Source: Clostridia bacterium (GTDB lineage Bacteria > Bacillota > Clostridia > Oscillospirales > Acutalibacteraceae). Taken from it: a DNA stretch of 64,000 bases. The position numbers and the translations under genes were made by a program. Under the pieces are notes generated by a model. It was given only the letters and a program-made list of their open reading frames with translations. It made no database searches and had not been told where the DNA came from. Location: the NCBI GenBank assembly GCA_017381035.1, contig JAFOCW010000047.1, forward strand, positions 1,065-65,064, read 5' to 3'. This document shows positions 35,753 through 45,534 of the stretch, in pieces; position 1 is the stretch's first letter; every line of letters begins with the position of its first letter.

Positions 35753-35781
35753 ATTATATATTTAAATATATATTTTGTCAA
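35753..35781 (-). promoter_or_regulatory. putative sigma-A promoter of alaS
   Basis: On the minus strand: TTGACA (35781-35776), 17-nt spacer, TATAAT (35758-35753). The leader is only ~50 nt. Confidence 0.5.
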
Positions 35782-35947
35782 CTTAAAACAAGTGGAATTA
35801 CTGTCTTTATTTGACTAAGAATTTGGCTTCTTTTTTAAAATATGCACAAAATTACAATTTTTTTTAAAAATTTTGAAGCTTTATCTTGTAAAGATAAAAA
35901 TTTATGTTATTATATAAGTAGAAAAAATTTTGTCGGAGGTTTTTAAA

Positions 35948-37081
35948 GTGGCTTCTATTGATTTAACACACGCACCATACGGCGACCTTGCCATTATTGC
36001 AATGAAGGGTTGCGAAGACATCGCTAAGCAGGTTGACTATTACCTTATGCAGTGGAGAGGCACTCCCAACGAAAACTCATTCGTTATAAACGCAAGTTGT
36101 CCCCGTTTCGGCACAGGCGAAGCAAAGGGTGTTTTCAAGCATTCCGCAAGAGGACTTGACGCATACATTATTTGCGACTGCTTCAACTACTCGGTTACAT
36201 ACAATATGTATGGCAAAGAGGTTCCCATGAGCCCCGATGACCATTACCAAGACTTAAAGCGTATTATTGCTGCTATGGGCGGTAAGGCAAGACGTGTTAA
36301 CGTAATTATGCCCATGCTTTACGAAGGCAGACAGCACAGACGTACAACCCGTGAGTCTATGGACTGCGCTATGATGCTTCAGGAATTAATGGCTATGGGT
36401 GTTACCAACTTTATTACCTTCGATGCACACGACCCCCGTGTTAACAACGCAATCCCCCTTGGCGGTTTCGACAACGTACAAGCCAGCTACCAAATGATTA
36501 AGGCGCTGCTTCGCAGTGTTCCCGATATTAAACTCGATGCAGACCACACCATGATAGTTTCCCCCGACGAAGGCGGAATGGGCCGTTGCATTTACTATTC
36601 TTCGGTTTTAGGGCTCGACCTTGGTATGTTCTACAAGCGCCGCGACTATTCAACAATTGTTGACGGACGCAACCCCATCGTTGCACACGAATTCCTTGGT
36701 AAAGACGTTACCGGCATGGACTTAATTCTTGTTGACGATATGATTTCTTCGGGCGAAAGCATGCTTGATATTGCCGCTAAGCTTAAGGAAAAGGGCGCAA
36801 ACCGCATATTTATCTTCTCTACATTCGGTCTTTTCGTTAACGGACTTGAAAAGTTCGATGAATATTACGAGAACGGCTTAATCGACAAAATTTTCACTAC
36901 CAACTTAATTTACAATTCCCCCGAGCTTTTAAGCAGAGATTGGTACTGCAACGTTAACATGTCTAAGTATATTTCACTTCTTGTCGACACCATTAACTGT
37001 GATAATTCTATAAGCAGTCTTTTAGACCCTGCCGATAAAATTCACGCAGTTGTTGCAAAGCACGAAGGAAAAACAGTATAA
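35948..37081 (+). CDS. prs: ribose-phosphate pyrophosphokinase-family protein, long (~378 aa) divergent form
   Basis: PRPP-binding loop LILVDDMISSGESM and Prs-like core (GRQHRR, FDAHD). Likely GTG start at 35948 behind a GGAGG RBS (35935-35939). Confidence 0.75.
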   Translation: MASIDLTHAPYGDLAIIAMKGCEDIAKQVDYYLMQWRGTPNENSFVINASCPRFGTGEAKGVFKHSARGLDAYIICDCFNYSVTYNMYGKEVPMSPDDHYQDLKRIIAAMGGKARRVNVIMPMLYEGRQHRRTTRESMDCAMMLQELMAMGVTNFITFDAHDPRVNNAIPLGGFDNVQASYQMIKALLRSVPDIKLDADHTMIVSPDEGGMGRCIYYSSVLGLDLGMFYKRRDYSTIVDGRNPIVAHEFLGKDVTGMDLILVDDMISSGESMLDIAAKLKEKGANRIFIFSTFGLFVNGLEKFDEYYENGLIDKIFTTNLIYNSPELLSRDWYCNVNMSKYISLLVDTINCDNSISSLLDPADKIHAVVAKHEGKTV

Positions 37082-37084
37082 TTT

Positions 37085-37118
37085 AAAAAGCCTGTCCCGT
37101 TTGGGACAGGCTTTTTTT
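37085..37118 (+). terminator. intrinsic terminator after prs
   Basis: AGCCTGTCCC-GTTT-GGGACAGGCT (37089-37112) plus a T6 run. Confidence 0.8.
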
Positions 37119-37123
37119 AGTTT

Positions 37124-37150
37124 TGTAGGGCGGGTCCTTGGTTCCGCCGC
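37124..37150. repeat. short TGTAGGGC-initiated GC-rich hairpin element between two terminators
   Basis: TGTAGGGC (37124-37131) is the same octamer as 467-474. GGCGG (37129-37133) pairs with CCGCC (37144-37148). Confidence 0.3.
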
Positions 37151-37159
37151 TTAGCAGAC

Positions 37160-37192
37160 AGAAAACGCTCGGATATTTATCCGAGCGTTTTG
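37160..37192 (-). terminator. intrinsic terminator after pfkA
   Basis: AAACGCTCGGA-TATTTA-TCCGAGCGTTT (37163-37190), with TTTTC following on the minus strand. Confidence 0.75.
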
Positions 37193-37194
37193 TT

Positions 37195-38157
37195 TTAGAT
37201 AGACATAGCGGTTGCCATATTGTATTCATCCACATCGAGCGGCTTCTTCATATTGAGAGCTTCGTAGATGTCCATATCGCCGATTTCGCTTTTAACAAAG
37301 GTTACTACACGGTTGCCGATACCCTTATTTAAAAGGGAAACTGCATGGTAGCCCATTTGGCTTGCCATAACTCTGTCTCTGGCAGAGGGAACGCCACCAC
37401 GCTGAACGTGGCCTAAGATGGTTGCACGAGATTCAATGCCCGTGCCTTCTTCAATTTTTGCGGCAATTTCTTCAACTCCGCCAACGCCTTCGGCAACAAC
37501 CACAACGAAGTGCTTTTTACCGGTTGCCTTGATGGCGCTGATTTTGTCGATTACGTCTTTTTGAAGGTCGAATTCAACTTCGGGCACAAGAATTGCAACT
37601 GCGCCGCAGGCAATACCTGTTTGAAGGGCTAAATAGCCTGCTCTTCTACCCATAACCTCTACTACAGAGCAACGGTCGTGGGACTGGCAGGTATCACGAA
37701 GTTTATCTACCATTTCGAGTGCAGTGTTCATTGCGGTATCGTAACCTATGGTATATTCAGTGGAAGAAATATCGTTATCTATTGTGCCGGGAACGCCAAC
37801 GCAGGGAATTCCGCCAAGAGATAAATCACGTGCGCCCCTGAAAGAGCCGTCGCCGCCGATAACAACAATACCGTCGATGCCGTGTGCTTTACAAGAAGCA
37901 ATAGCCTTATCTACGCCTTCTTGAGTTTTGAACTCGGGGCAACGTGCGGTATAGAGCATTGTACCGCCACGCTGAATAATATCGGAAACGGAACGTGCGT
38001 CCATATCAATAATATCGCCTTCAATAAGACCGGCATAGCCACGGCGTACACCTTTAACCTTAAGGCCCATAGAAATACCCGCACGTACAACTGCACGGAT
38101 GGCAGCATTCATACCGGGTGCGTCGCCACCACTTGTTAAAACAGCAATAGTTTTCAT
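37195..38157 (-). CDS. pfkA: ATP-dependent 6-phosphofructokinase
   Basis: MKTIAVLTSGGDAPGMNAAIRAVVR signature. Start moved to ATG 38157-38155 with a GGAGAG RBS. The ORF-track extension overlaps dnaE. Confidence 0.95.
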   Translation of the reverse strand: MKTIAVLTSGGDAPGMNAAIRAVVRAGISMGLKVKGVRRGYAGLIEGDIIDMDARSVSDIIQRGGTMLYTARCPEFKTQEGVDKAIASCKAHGIDGIVVIGGDGSFRGARDLSLGGIPCVGVPGTIDNDISSTEYTIGYDTAMNTALEMVDKLRDTCQSHDRCSVVEVMGRRAGYLALQTGIACGAVAILVPEVEFDLQKDVIDKISAIKATGKKHFVVVVAEGVGGVEEIAAKIEEGTGIESRATILGHVQRGGVPSARDRVMASQMGYHAVSLLNKGIGNRVVTFVKSEIGDMDIYEALNMKKPLDVDEYNMATAMSI

Positions 38158-38200
38158 ATATTTAATCTCTCCATTTGCTAAAAATCTGTGTTTACGAAAC

Positions 38201-38229
38201 ATTATACTACAAAAAAACGAATTATTCAA
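38201..38229 (-). promoter_or_regulatory. putative pfkA promoter overlapping the dnaE 3' end
   Basis: On the minus strand: TTGAAT (38229-38224), 17-nt spacer, TATAAT (38206-38201). Confidence 0.45.
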
Positions 38230-41200
38230 CAAATTTTACGTTTTCTTTACCTAAAATTTCCGAAAGGCGCAAAATAAGGGAATTATCGTCCCTAATATAA
38301 AGGCTTTCGGGGGCGGCAAAGCGTTTGCCTGCGGCATCTACCACGTAAACGGGGTTATTACCTTTATAATCTGCCAAGATTTCCTTTATTTTATTCATTT
38401 GCTCGCCTTCGGCCGAAGCAACACGTAAATAAAGGCCTGCTTTTACCGTCTTTTTAGGCGGATTTTTAAGCAAAGACTTAGCAACAACTTCAAAGCGCTC
38501 GGCCATAATTTCGAAGGGACGGTCTTCCCTTTCCTGCACTCTGCCGGTAATCTCAAGTACCTGACCTTCGTTTAACAGATGCTTGGCTTCAAGCACCGTT
38601 TTATTGAAGGCGGTAATACCAACCGAGCCGCCCGTATCTTCGGCGACAATATTTGCCATTATGCCGTCGTTGCGAATGGGACGGGTACGCACCGAAGTAA
38701 GCATTAAAACAAGCTTAATTCTGGTGCCGTCGGGAATACTTCCGTTTAAAATACTGCGCACCGTCGGCGCATTTATGGCCTTGCAGTATGCGGCATATTC
38801 TTCCATTGGATGACCGCTTAGGTAAAGCCCCGTTGCTTCTTTTTCGAAGGCAAGAAGCATATCGTGCGGCATTTCTTCTTGTGGTTCAATGGTAAAATCT
38901 TCTGCTCCGTTCTCTTCTCCGAAAAGGTCCATTTGACCGCCGCTATAGTACTTTTGGTTATCGCTTACGGCATTCAGCACGCCGTCGGCGCCACGAAGCA
39001 TTGTTTTGCGGTTAAGCTCAAGCCCGTCGAGCGCACCGCTTTTAATAAGCCCTTCTAAAGCACGGCGGTTAAAATCACGGCCCGATACCCTTGAGCAAAA
39101 ATCGTAAAGCGAAGTGAATTTTCCGTTTTCACGCTCTTTTATAAGATTTAAAACGAAGCCTTCACCAATATTTTTAATTGCCGTAAGACCGAAACGAATT
39201 CCTTCTTCGGTTGGGGTGAAGTATTCACGGCTTTCGTTAATATGGGGCGGTAAAACCTTAATGCCCATACGCTTACATTCGCCTGTATAGAAGGCAATTT
39301 TATCGGTATCGTCCTGCATACTTGTCATAAGTGCCGACATGTATTCACGTGGGTAGTGGCATTTAAGATATGCCGTTTGGTAGGAAACGAAGGAATATGC
39401 GGCGGCGTGCGATTTATTGAAGGCGTAGGAGCTGAAGGCCGACATTTCGTCGAATATTTTTTGGGCGGTTTTTTCGTCTATTCCGTTATTTACACAGCCC
39501 TTTATTATTGTATTACCGTCCTTATCTTTTTGACCGTAAACAAAGGCTTCACGCTCGCTGTTCATAACGTCGTGCTTCTTTTTGGACATTGCACGGCGCA
39601 CAATATCTGCCCTGCCGAGCGAATAGCCTGCAAGGGTGCGGAAGATTTGCATTACCTGTTCCTGATAAACAATACAGCCGTAGGTAACGTCAAGAATATC
39701 TTTTAAAAGCGGAGTATCGTAAGCAATATCTTGCGGATTGTGGCGGTTGTGAATATACTTTGGAATTGAGTCCATAGGGCCCGGACGGTAAAGGGACAAA
39801 ATGGCCGTAAGGTCTTCAATTTTTTCGGGACAGAATTGGCGAAGAACGTTTTTCATTCCGTCCGATTCAAACTGGAAGACGCCGTCGGTATGACCTTCGG
39901 ACATCATTTTATAGGTATCTACGTCGTCAAGTTCAATATTTTCAATTTTAAACGACGGTTTTGTTTTGCGAATGTAATTTTCGGTATCACGAATAATGGT
40001 AAGGTTGCGAAGGCCTAAAAAGTCCATTTTTAAAAGGCCCAGCTCGTCGAGCGCAGTCATTGTGTACTGTGTAACCGTGGTGCCGTCGTTTACGGCAAGC
40101 GGTACGTATTCGGCTACGGCACGGTCTGAAATAACAACGCCTGCGGCGTGGGTAGAAGCGTTTCTTGGCATACCTTCTACCTTTTTTGCCATATCTAAAA
40201 GCTCTTTAATTTCGGGCTCGGCATCGTAAAGTGTGCGAAGCTCGGCCGATTCCTTTAAAGCCTGCTCGATTGTAACGCCAAGGGCTCTTGGAATAAGCTT
40301 TGCAACCTTGTCGCAAAGGGCGTAAGGCAGGTCCATTACTCTGCCGACGTCTCTTACCGCCGCACGAGCCTTCATTGTACCGAAGGTAACAATTTGACTT
40401 ACCCTATCTGCCCCGTACTTTGAAATAACGTAATCTATAACCTTTTGGCGATTAACGTAGCAAAAGTCAATATCGAAGTCGGGCATTGAAACACGTTCGG
40501 GGTTTAAGAAGCGTTCGAAGAAGAGGCTATATTTAATGGAATCTATTCCCGTAATACCTATGCAGTAGGCCGCAAGGCTACCTGCACCCGAACCTCTGCC
40601 GGGACCTACGGGAATATCGTGGTCTTTTGCGTAGTTTACGAAATCTTGCACAATTAAGAAGTAGTCCACATAGCCCATACGGTTAATTGTATCGAGCTCG
40701 AAATTAAGGCGGTCGACATACTCTTTAGGCGGATTTTCGCCAAAATGCTTGTGAAGACCCTTAAAGCATTTTTCACGGAAAAATTCAAAATGGTCTTTAT
40801 CGCCAATATCGAAAACGGGTAGTTTTATGTGGCCGAACTCAAAATTAAAGTTGCAACGTTCGGCAATTTTTGCGGTGTTTTCAATAGCTTCGGGCACGTC
40901 GGCAAAAAGCGAACGCATTTCGGCTTCGCTTTTAAGGTAGAATTCATCGTTCGGGAAGGTAAGCGGATTTTCTTCGTTTAATTTTTTTGCCGTTTGAACA
41001 CAAATTAAAACCTTTTGCATTTTTGCGTCTTCTTTTGAAACGTAATGCACGTCGTTGGTGGCAACAAGGCCTATTCCCGTTTCCTTGGCAATTTGCTTTA
41101 TAAAGGGGTTAATTTGCTTTTGTTCAGGCATAAAGTGGTCTTGAAGTTCCAGGAAAAAGTTATCTTCCCCAAACACGTTTTTAAACCACATTGCCGCATT

Positions 41201-41659
41201 TTTCGCTTCGTCGTAATTGTTATTTAAAAGTGCCGACGGAATTTCGCCCGCAAGGCAGGCCGACGTGGCAATAAGGCCTTCGCTGTACTGTTTAAGCAAC
41301 TGCTTGTCCACACGGGGCTTGGAATAAAAGCCTTCGGTAAAGGAAAGCGACACCATTTTAATTAGGTTTTTATAGCCCTGCTCGTTTTTGCAAAGCAGTA
41401 CTAAGTGGTGATATTTACCGTTCTTTTCACGGTCGAAACGGCTATTGGGTGCAACGTAAACCTCGCACCCGATAATTGGCTTTATGCCGACCTTTTTTGC
41501 CGCCTTATAAAAATCGACCGCACCGTACATAACGCCGTGGTCGGTAATTGCAACGGCGGTTTGTCCCAACTCTTTTGCGGCAGAGCAAAGCTCTTCTATA
41601 CGGCAGGCGCCGTCTAAAAGGCTGTATTCCGTATGAAGATGAAGATGGGTAAAACTCAT
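38222..41659 (-). CDS. dnaE: DNA polymerase III alpha subunit (DnaE-type)
   Basis: 1145 aa. N-terminal PHP domain HLHLHTEYSLLDG, polymerase core, OB fold. The start overlaps the whiA stop (ATGA). Confidence 0.96.
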   Translation of the reverse strand: MSFTHLHLHTEYSLLDGACRIEELCSAAKELGQTAVAITDHGVMYGAVDFYKAAKKVGIKPIIGCEVYVAPNSRFDREKNGKYHHLVLLCKNEQGYKNLIKMVSLSFTEGFYSKPRVDKQLLKQYSEGLIATSACLAGEIPSALLNNNYDEAKNAAMWFKNVFGEDNFFLELQDHFMPEQKQINPFIKQIAKETGIGLVATNDVHYVSKEDAKMQKVLICVQTAKKLNEENPLTFPNDEFYLKSEAEMRSLFADVPEAIENTAKIAERCNFNFEFGHIKLPVFDIGDKDHFEFFREKCFKGLHKHFGENPPKEYVDRLNFELDTINRMGYVDYFLIVQDFVNYAKDHDIPVGPGRGSGAGSLAAYCIGITGIDSIKYSLFFERFLNPERVSMPDFDIDFCYVNRQKVIDYVISKYGADRVSQIVTFGTMKARAAVRDVGRVMDLPYALCDKVAKLIPRALGVTIEQALKESAELRTLYDAEPEIKELLDMAKKVEGMPRNASTHAAGVVISDRAVAEYVPLAVNDGTTVTQYTMTALDELGLLKMDFLGLRNLTIIRDTENYIRKTKPSFKIENIELDDVDTYKMMSEGHTDGVFQFESDGMKNVLRQFCPEKIEDLTAILSLYRPGPMDSIPKYIHNRHNPQDIAYDTPLLKDILDVTYGCIVYQEQVMQIFRTLAGYSLGRADIVRRAMSKKKHDVMNSEREAFVYGQKDKDGNTIIKGCVNNGIDEKTAQKIFDEMSAFSSYAFNKSHAAAYSFVSYQTAYLKCHYPREYMSALMTSMQDDTDKIAFYTGECKRMGIKVLPPHINESREYFTPTEEGIRFGLTAIKNIGEGFVLNLIKERENGKFTSLYDFCSRVSGRDFNRRALEGLIKSGALDGLELNRKTMLRGADGVLNAVSDNQKYYSGGQMDLFGEENGAEDFTIEPQEEMPHDMLLAFEKEATGLYLSGHPMEEYAAYCKAINAPTVRSILNGSIPDGTRIKLVLMLTSVRTRPIRNDGIMANIVAEDTGGSVGITAFNKTVLEAKHLLNEGQVLEITGRVQEREDRPFEIMAERFEVVAKSLLKNPPKKTVKAGLYLRVASAEGEQMNKIKEILADYKGNNPVYVVDAAGKRFAAPESLYIRDDNSLILRLSEILGKENVKFVE

Positions 41660-42546
41660 ATCTCTTCCGCCATTTCAAGTAGTTTTTGAAGTCTGTGGTT
41701 AAGCCCCGAGCGTGTAAGCCTTACTTTTGACAGCTTACACAGGTCGTTAAGCGACATATCGGGGTTGTTAAGGCGAAGCATTGCCGCTTCATGTAGTTCT
41801 TCGGGCAGGGCAAGCAGCTTTCCTGCCGCCTCTAACTTTTTAATTGCTTCGGTTTGCCTGAAAGCCGCATTTGCGGTTTTAACAATGTTCGACGTTTCGA
41901 AATTGTTTTGCCTGTTACTTTTATTTCTTATGCTTTTATAAACCTTAACTCCAATTAGGTTAAGGGTTTCGTTTCCTGCACCAAGGTAGGTTAAAAGCTC
42001 TTCTATGGTGGTGCTGTTTTTTGTGTAAACCAAAAATTTGCCTGCACGGTAGGTCATTGTAAAATCGAAACCCTTGGAATCTAAAATTCCAATAAAATCG
42101 GCCGCTACTTCGTTAGACTTAAAGGAAAATTCGGCACGGTACTCTTTTTCGGGGTTGGAAAGATTGCCTGCGGCCAAAAAAGCGCCCTTTATGAACTCTT
42201 TTATATGACCCGACGCCCTTATTTTTTCGAAATTAATTACAAGGGGGTTGGTGTTTTTATACGAAAGCTTGTTAAGTATTCTTTGTCGGTCTGCTAAAGA
42301 GGTTATTTCTACCGTATAGGTCGGTCTTTTATTGCCGCCTTCTTTAAGGGTTGCAATAACGTCGAAGCCACGGCGAAGAAGTGTGCAAAAATGCTCGGCC
42401 ACTTCACGCACGCACGACTGAAAAAGTATTTTATCGAAAGAAAAAGAACGGCACAAAACAAGCATCCCGTGGCACTCGGCACAGGTTGCCGCAATTTCCG
42501 TTCTTGCTAAACAAAGTTCTTTTTTAACGTCTGTTGAAAAGGACAT
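41656..42546 (-). CDS. whiA: DNA-binding protein WhiA
   Basis: Degenerate LAGLIDADG-like N-terminal domains and a C-terminal HTH (LNDLCKLSKVRLTRSGLNHRLQKL). Confidence 0.9.
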   Translation of the reverse strand: MSFSTDVKKELCLARTEIAATCAECHGMLVLCRSFSFDKILFQSCVREVAEHFCTLLRRGFDVIATLKEGGNKRPTYTVEITSLADRQRILNKLSYKNTNPLVINFEKIRASGHIKEFIKGAFLAAGNLSNPEKEYRAEFSFKSNEVAADFIGILDSKGFDFTMTYRAGKFLVYTKNSTTIEELLTYLGAGNETLNLIGVKVYKSIRNKSNRQNNFETSNIVKTANAAFRQTEAIKKLEAAGKLLALPEELHEAAMLRLNNPDMSLNDLCKLSKVRLTRSGLNHRLQKLLEMAEEI

Positions 42547-42549
42547 ATT

Positions 42550-43455
42550 TTATCTTCCTAAGTGTATTACTTCGGTACTGAGTTCAACGCCGCGCTTTTC
42601 TTTAACGGTGTTTTTAATATCTTCTATTAAAGACAGAACGTCGTTACAGGTTGCGCCGCCTTTATTTATTACAAAGCCTGCGTGTTTTGTGCTTACTTCG
42701 GCGTCGCCCACGCTATGACCTTTAAGGCCACATTCGTCTATGAGTGCGGCGGCAAAATAGCCTTCGGGGCGCTTAAAGGTACTGCCTGCCGACGGGTATT
42801 CAAGCGGCTGACTTTTTTTGCGCTTAGCCATAATTGTTTCCATATCTTCGGTAATTCTGGCCTTGTCGCCTACTTCAAGGTCGAAGACAACGGCCGTAAT
42901 TACTTCGCCGTTTTCTTCGTAAATGCTTTGGCGGTAGCCAAGCTTCATTTCGTTTGTTTTACGGTAAACAGGAGTAAAATCCTTACCTATACTTGCGGCA
43001 CTTTTTACAACCATACTCATATCGCCGCCGTAGGCGCCTGCATTCATATAAAGGGCACCGCCAACCGTTGCAGGTATGCCGTATGCAAATTCAAGCCCCG
43101 TTAGCGAATTATCTCTTGCAAAACGGCAAACGTCGGCAAGGGTTGCGCCTGCTTCGGCCAAAATTACAGTTTCATTTACAAGAATAATTTGTTGCATGGA
43201 AAGTGTGGTAATAACTGCGCCTTCTATACCGCCGTCAGACACAAGAAGGTTACAGCCCTTACCAAGCATTGTGCAGGGTATGCCGTTTTCTTTGGCGGTT
43301 TTTAAAATTTCGGCCAACTGTTCTTTGTTTTCGGGGCACAAGAAAATATCGGCGGCTCCGCCTATTTTAAAAGAAGTGTGAAGCGCCATTTTTTCGTTAA
43401 GAATGTATTTAATTTTGAGTTTTTCTGAAAGGGCTACTAAAGAATCGACCTTCAT
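42550..43455 (-). CDS. murB: UDP-N-acetylenolpyruvoylglucosamine reductase
   Basis: FAD-binding domain (FKIGG, GKGCNLL), catalytic region and C-terminal GFVINKGGAT pattern. 301 aa. Confidence 0.93.
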   Translation of the reverse strand: MKVDSLVALSEKLKIKYILNEKMALHTSFKIGGAADIFLCPENKEQLAEILKTAKENGIPCTMLGKGCNLLVSDGGIEGAVITTLSMQQIILVNETVILAEAGATLADVCRFARDNSLTGLEFAYGIPATVGGALYMNAGAYGGDMSMVVKSAASIGKDFTPVYRKTNEMKLGYRQSIYEENGEVITAVVFDLEVGDKARITEDMETIMAKRKKSQPLEYPSAGSTFKRPEGYFAAALIDECGLKGHSVGDAEVSTKHAGFVINKGGATCNDVLSLIEDIKNTVKEKRGVELSTEVIHLGR

Positions 43456-43464
43456 AAATACTCC

Positions 43465-44421
43465 TTATTTGTATAGTTTATCAAGGAATGCCGCACCTAT
43501 AATGCCTGCATCGTTACCAAGCTTTGCCGCACAAACACGGTCTTTGGTTTCGGTGTGTCTTGTATAAATATCTCTTCTTACAAGTTCGTTTACGGGGTCT
43601 GTAAGATTTTCTTTTTCGTTGGAAATTCCGCCGCCAATGCAAAGAAGGTCGGGTTGGAAGATGTTCATAATATTGCAAACGCCTTCGGCAACAAAGCGGC
43701 AATAGTTGTTAACAACTTCGGTTCCTGCCTTATCGCCCTGACGCATAGCATCAAATGCGGTACGGCCGTTAACCTTGCCTGATTTTTCGGCAAGCTTCCA
43801 CATAAGCGAATCTTTATTTTCGTCCATTGCACGTTTGGTTTGCTTTATAAGAGCGGTAGCCGAAGCGTAGGCCTCGAAACAGCCTTTACGTCCACAGGTA
43901 CAAGGTTCGCCATCCATATGAAGAACTGTGTGCCCCAGTTCTCCCCCTGCGAAGTTGCTTCCAAGAAGCATTTTGCCGCCAATAATAACCCCGCCGCCAA
44001 CGCCGGTACCAAGGGTAACCGCAATAAAGTCGTTTGTACCAACGCCTGCGCCTGCAAGATATTCGCCGTATGCGGCGGCATTGGCATCGTTATCAATATA
44101 AATATCAATGCCAAGTCTTTCCTTAAGCATTGCACAAAGGGGCAGATTGTTAAAGCCTGTGAAATTGTTGGCGTAGGTAACTATACCTTCGCTTGGAATA
44201 ACCGAGCCGGGTGTACCTATACCTGCACTGGCAATATCTTCCATTTTAAGCCCTGCTGCTTTTACTGCCGCCTTTGAAGCTTCGGCAATAGAATCGCAAA
44301 TTTGGTCTGCGGGGCGGTGGGCGTCGGTTTTAACCTTTGCTCTGCCAACGATATTATATTTTTCATCTACAACGGCAACTGCTATGTTGGTGCCGCCTAA
44401 GTCAATTCCTAAACGATACAT
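43465..44421 (-). CDS. glcK: ROK-family glucokinase
   Basis: N-terminal GIDLGGTN. ROK zinc motif GHTVLHMDGEPCTCGRKGCFE. Confidence 0.88.
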   Translation of the reverse strand: MYRLGIDLGGTNIAVAVVDEKYNIVGRAKVKTDAHRPADQICDSIAEASKAAVKAAGLKMEDIASAGIGTPGSVIPSEGIVTYANNFTGFNNLPLCAMLKERLGIDIYIDNDANAAAYGEYLAGAGVGTNDFIAVTLGTGVGGGVIIGGKMLLGSNFAGGELGHTVLHMDGEPCTCGRKGCFEAYASATALIKQTKRAMDENKDSLMWKLAEKSGKVNGRTAFDAMRQGDKAGTEVVNNYCRFVAEGVCNIMNIFQPDLLCIGGGISNEKENLTDPVNELVRRDIYTRHTETKDRVCAAKLGNDAGIIGAAFLDKLYK

Positions 44422-44431
44422 AAATTACTCC

Positions 44432-45391
44432 TTAAAAAACTTCAATATCTGAAGGGTTAATTTCTTCGGTTTCTTCTGCCATACCAAGACGGGACAGCAG
44501 GTCGGCCGCAGCATTATAACCAAGCTTCTTTTGTCTTTTGTTCATTGCGGCAACCTCAATAATTACCGCAAGATTTCGGCCGGGTTGAACCGGAATTGTA
44601 ATTGAAGGAACGTTAATTCCCAAAATTTCGGTGGTGTGTTCTTCAAGACCCAAACGGTCGTACATCTTTTCGTTGTCCCACGGTTCGATATTGATTATAT
44701 AATCAATTTTTTCGGTAAGCTTTACAGCACCTGCACCGAAGATACGGCTTACGTTAATAATACCTATGCCGCGAAGCTCAATAAAATGGCGAATGTTGTT
44801 TGGCGAAGTACCAACAAGTGATTTGTTAGACACCTTGCGAATTTCAACCGCATCGTCTGCGATAAGGCGGTGGCCACGCTTAACAAGCTCTATTGCGGTT
44901 TCACTTTTACCCACGCCGCTTTCGCCTAAAATTAAAATACCTTCACCGTAAACCTCTACAAGAACGCCGTGGCGGGTAATTCTGGGGGCAAGACTTAGGT
45001 TTAAAAAGGCTATAAGCGCCGCCATAAATTCCGAAGTGCTGTCGGCCGTTCTTAGTAGCGGAACGCCGTATTTTTCGGCCGCTTCGGCAAAGCCTTCAAG
45101 CTCTAAGCTACGGGAAATGATTACTGCGGCAGGTTTTTTTGCAAAAAAGTCGTCCTTAAGCTCGTTATACTTTTCGGTTTCGAATGTTTTAAGAAAACTT
45201 TCTTCCGCCTTGCCGACAATTTGAATTCTGGTATTATCGAAATATTTATAGTAGCCGCCAAACTGCAAGCCCGGACGGTTAACGTCGTTATTTGTTATTA
45301 AAATTTCTTCGGCATTTCCGGGCATATAAAGAGTTTCAAGCGAAAACTCCTTAACAATTCGGGAAAGTTCAACAGAAAACTGAGTCGTCAA
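44432..45391 (-). CDS. hprK: HPr kinase/phosphorylase
   Basis: Walker A GESGVGKSE, signature LIADDAVEI...ELRGIGIINV, 319 aa. Confidence 0.95.
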   Translation of the reverse strand: MTTQFSVELSRIVKEFSLETLYMPGNAEEILITNNDVNRPGLQFGGYYKYFDNTRIQIVGKAEESFLKTFETEKYNELKDDFFAKKPAAVIISRSLELEGFAEAAEKYGVPLLRTADSTSEFMAALIAFLNLSLAPRITRHGVLVEVYGEGILILGESGVGKSETAIELVKRGHRLIADDAVEIRKVSNKSLVGTSPNNIRHFIELRGIGIINVSRIFGAGAVKLTEKIDYIINIEPWDNEKMYDRLGLEEHTTEILGINVPSITIPVQPGRNLAVIIEVAAMNKRQKKLGYNAAADLLSRLGMAEETEEINPSDIEVF

Positions 45392-45534
45392 TATAAACCC
45401 ACCTTTACTATATTTTACTATATTATATAATATAACCGTGAATTTTTAAAGGTTTTTTTATTTTTTCTTGATTAAAATCATACTTAAAGATATAATGTAA
45501 AATGTAACTTTATGTTTAAAGGATGTAATACACT

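Noticed and set aside
35704-35947. Possible T-box leader upstream of alaS
   Set aside because: A consensus promoter (TTGACA-17-TATAAT) leaves only a ~50-nt AT-rich leader. There is no specifier-loop, AGAGA or T-box (GGTGGTACCGCG-like) sequence and no terminator/antiterminator pair.
38189-38201. cre/LacI-type operator at the pfkA transcription start (TGTTTACGAAACA)
   Set aside because: The half-sites TGTTT/AAACA are inverted, but the spacing is odd (a 13-mer). The sequence does not fit the CcpA cre consensus TGWAANCGNTNWCA. It is too weak to call.
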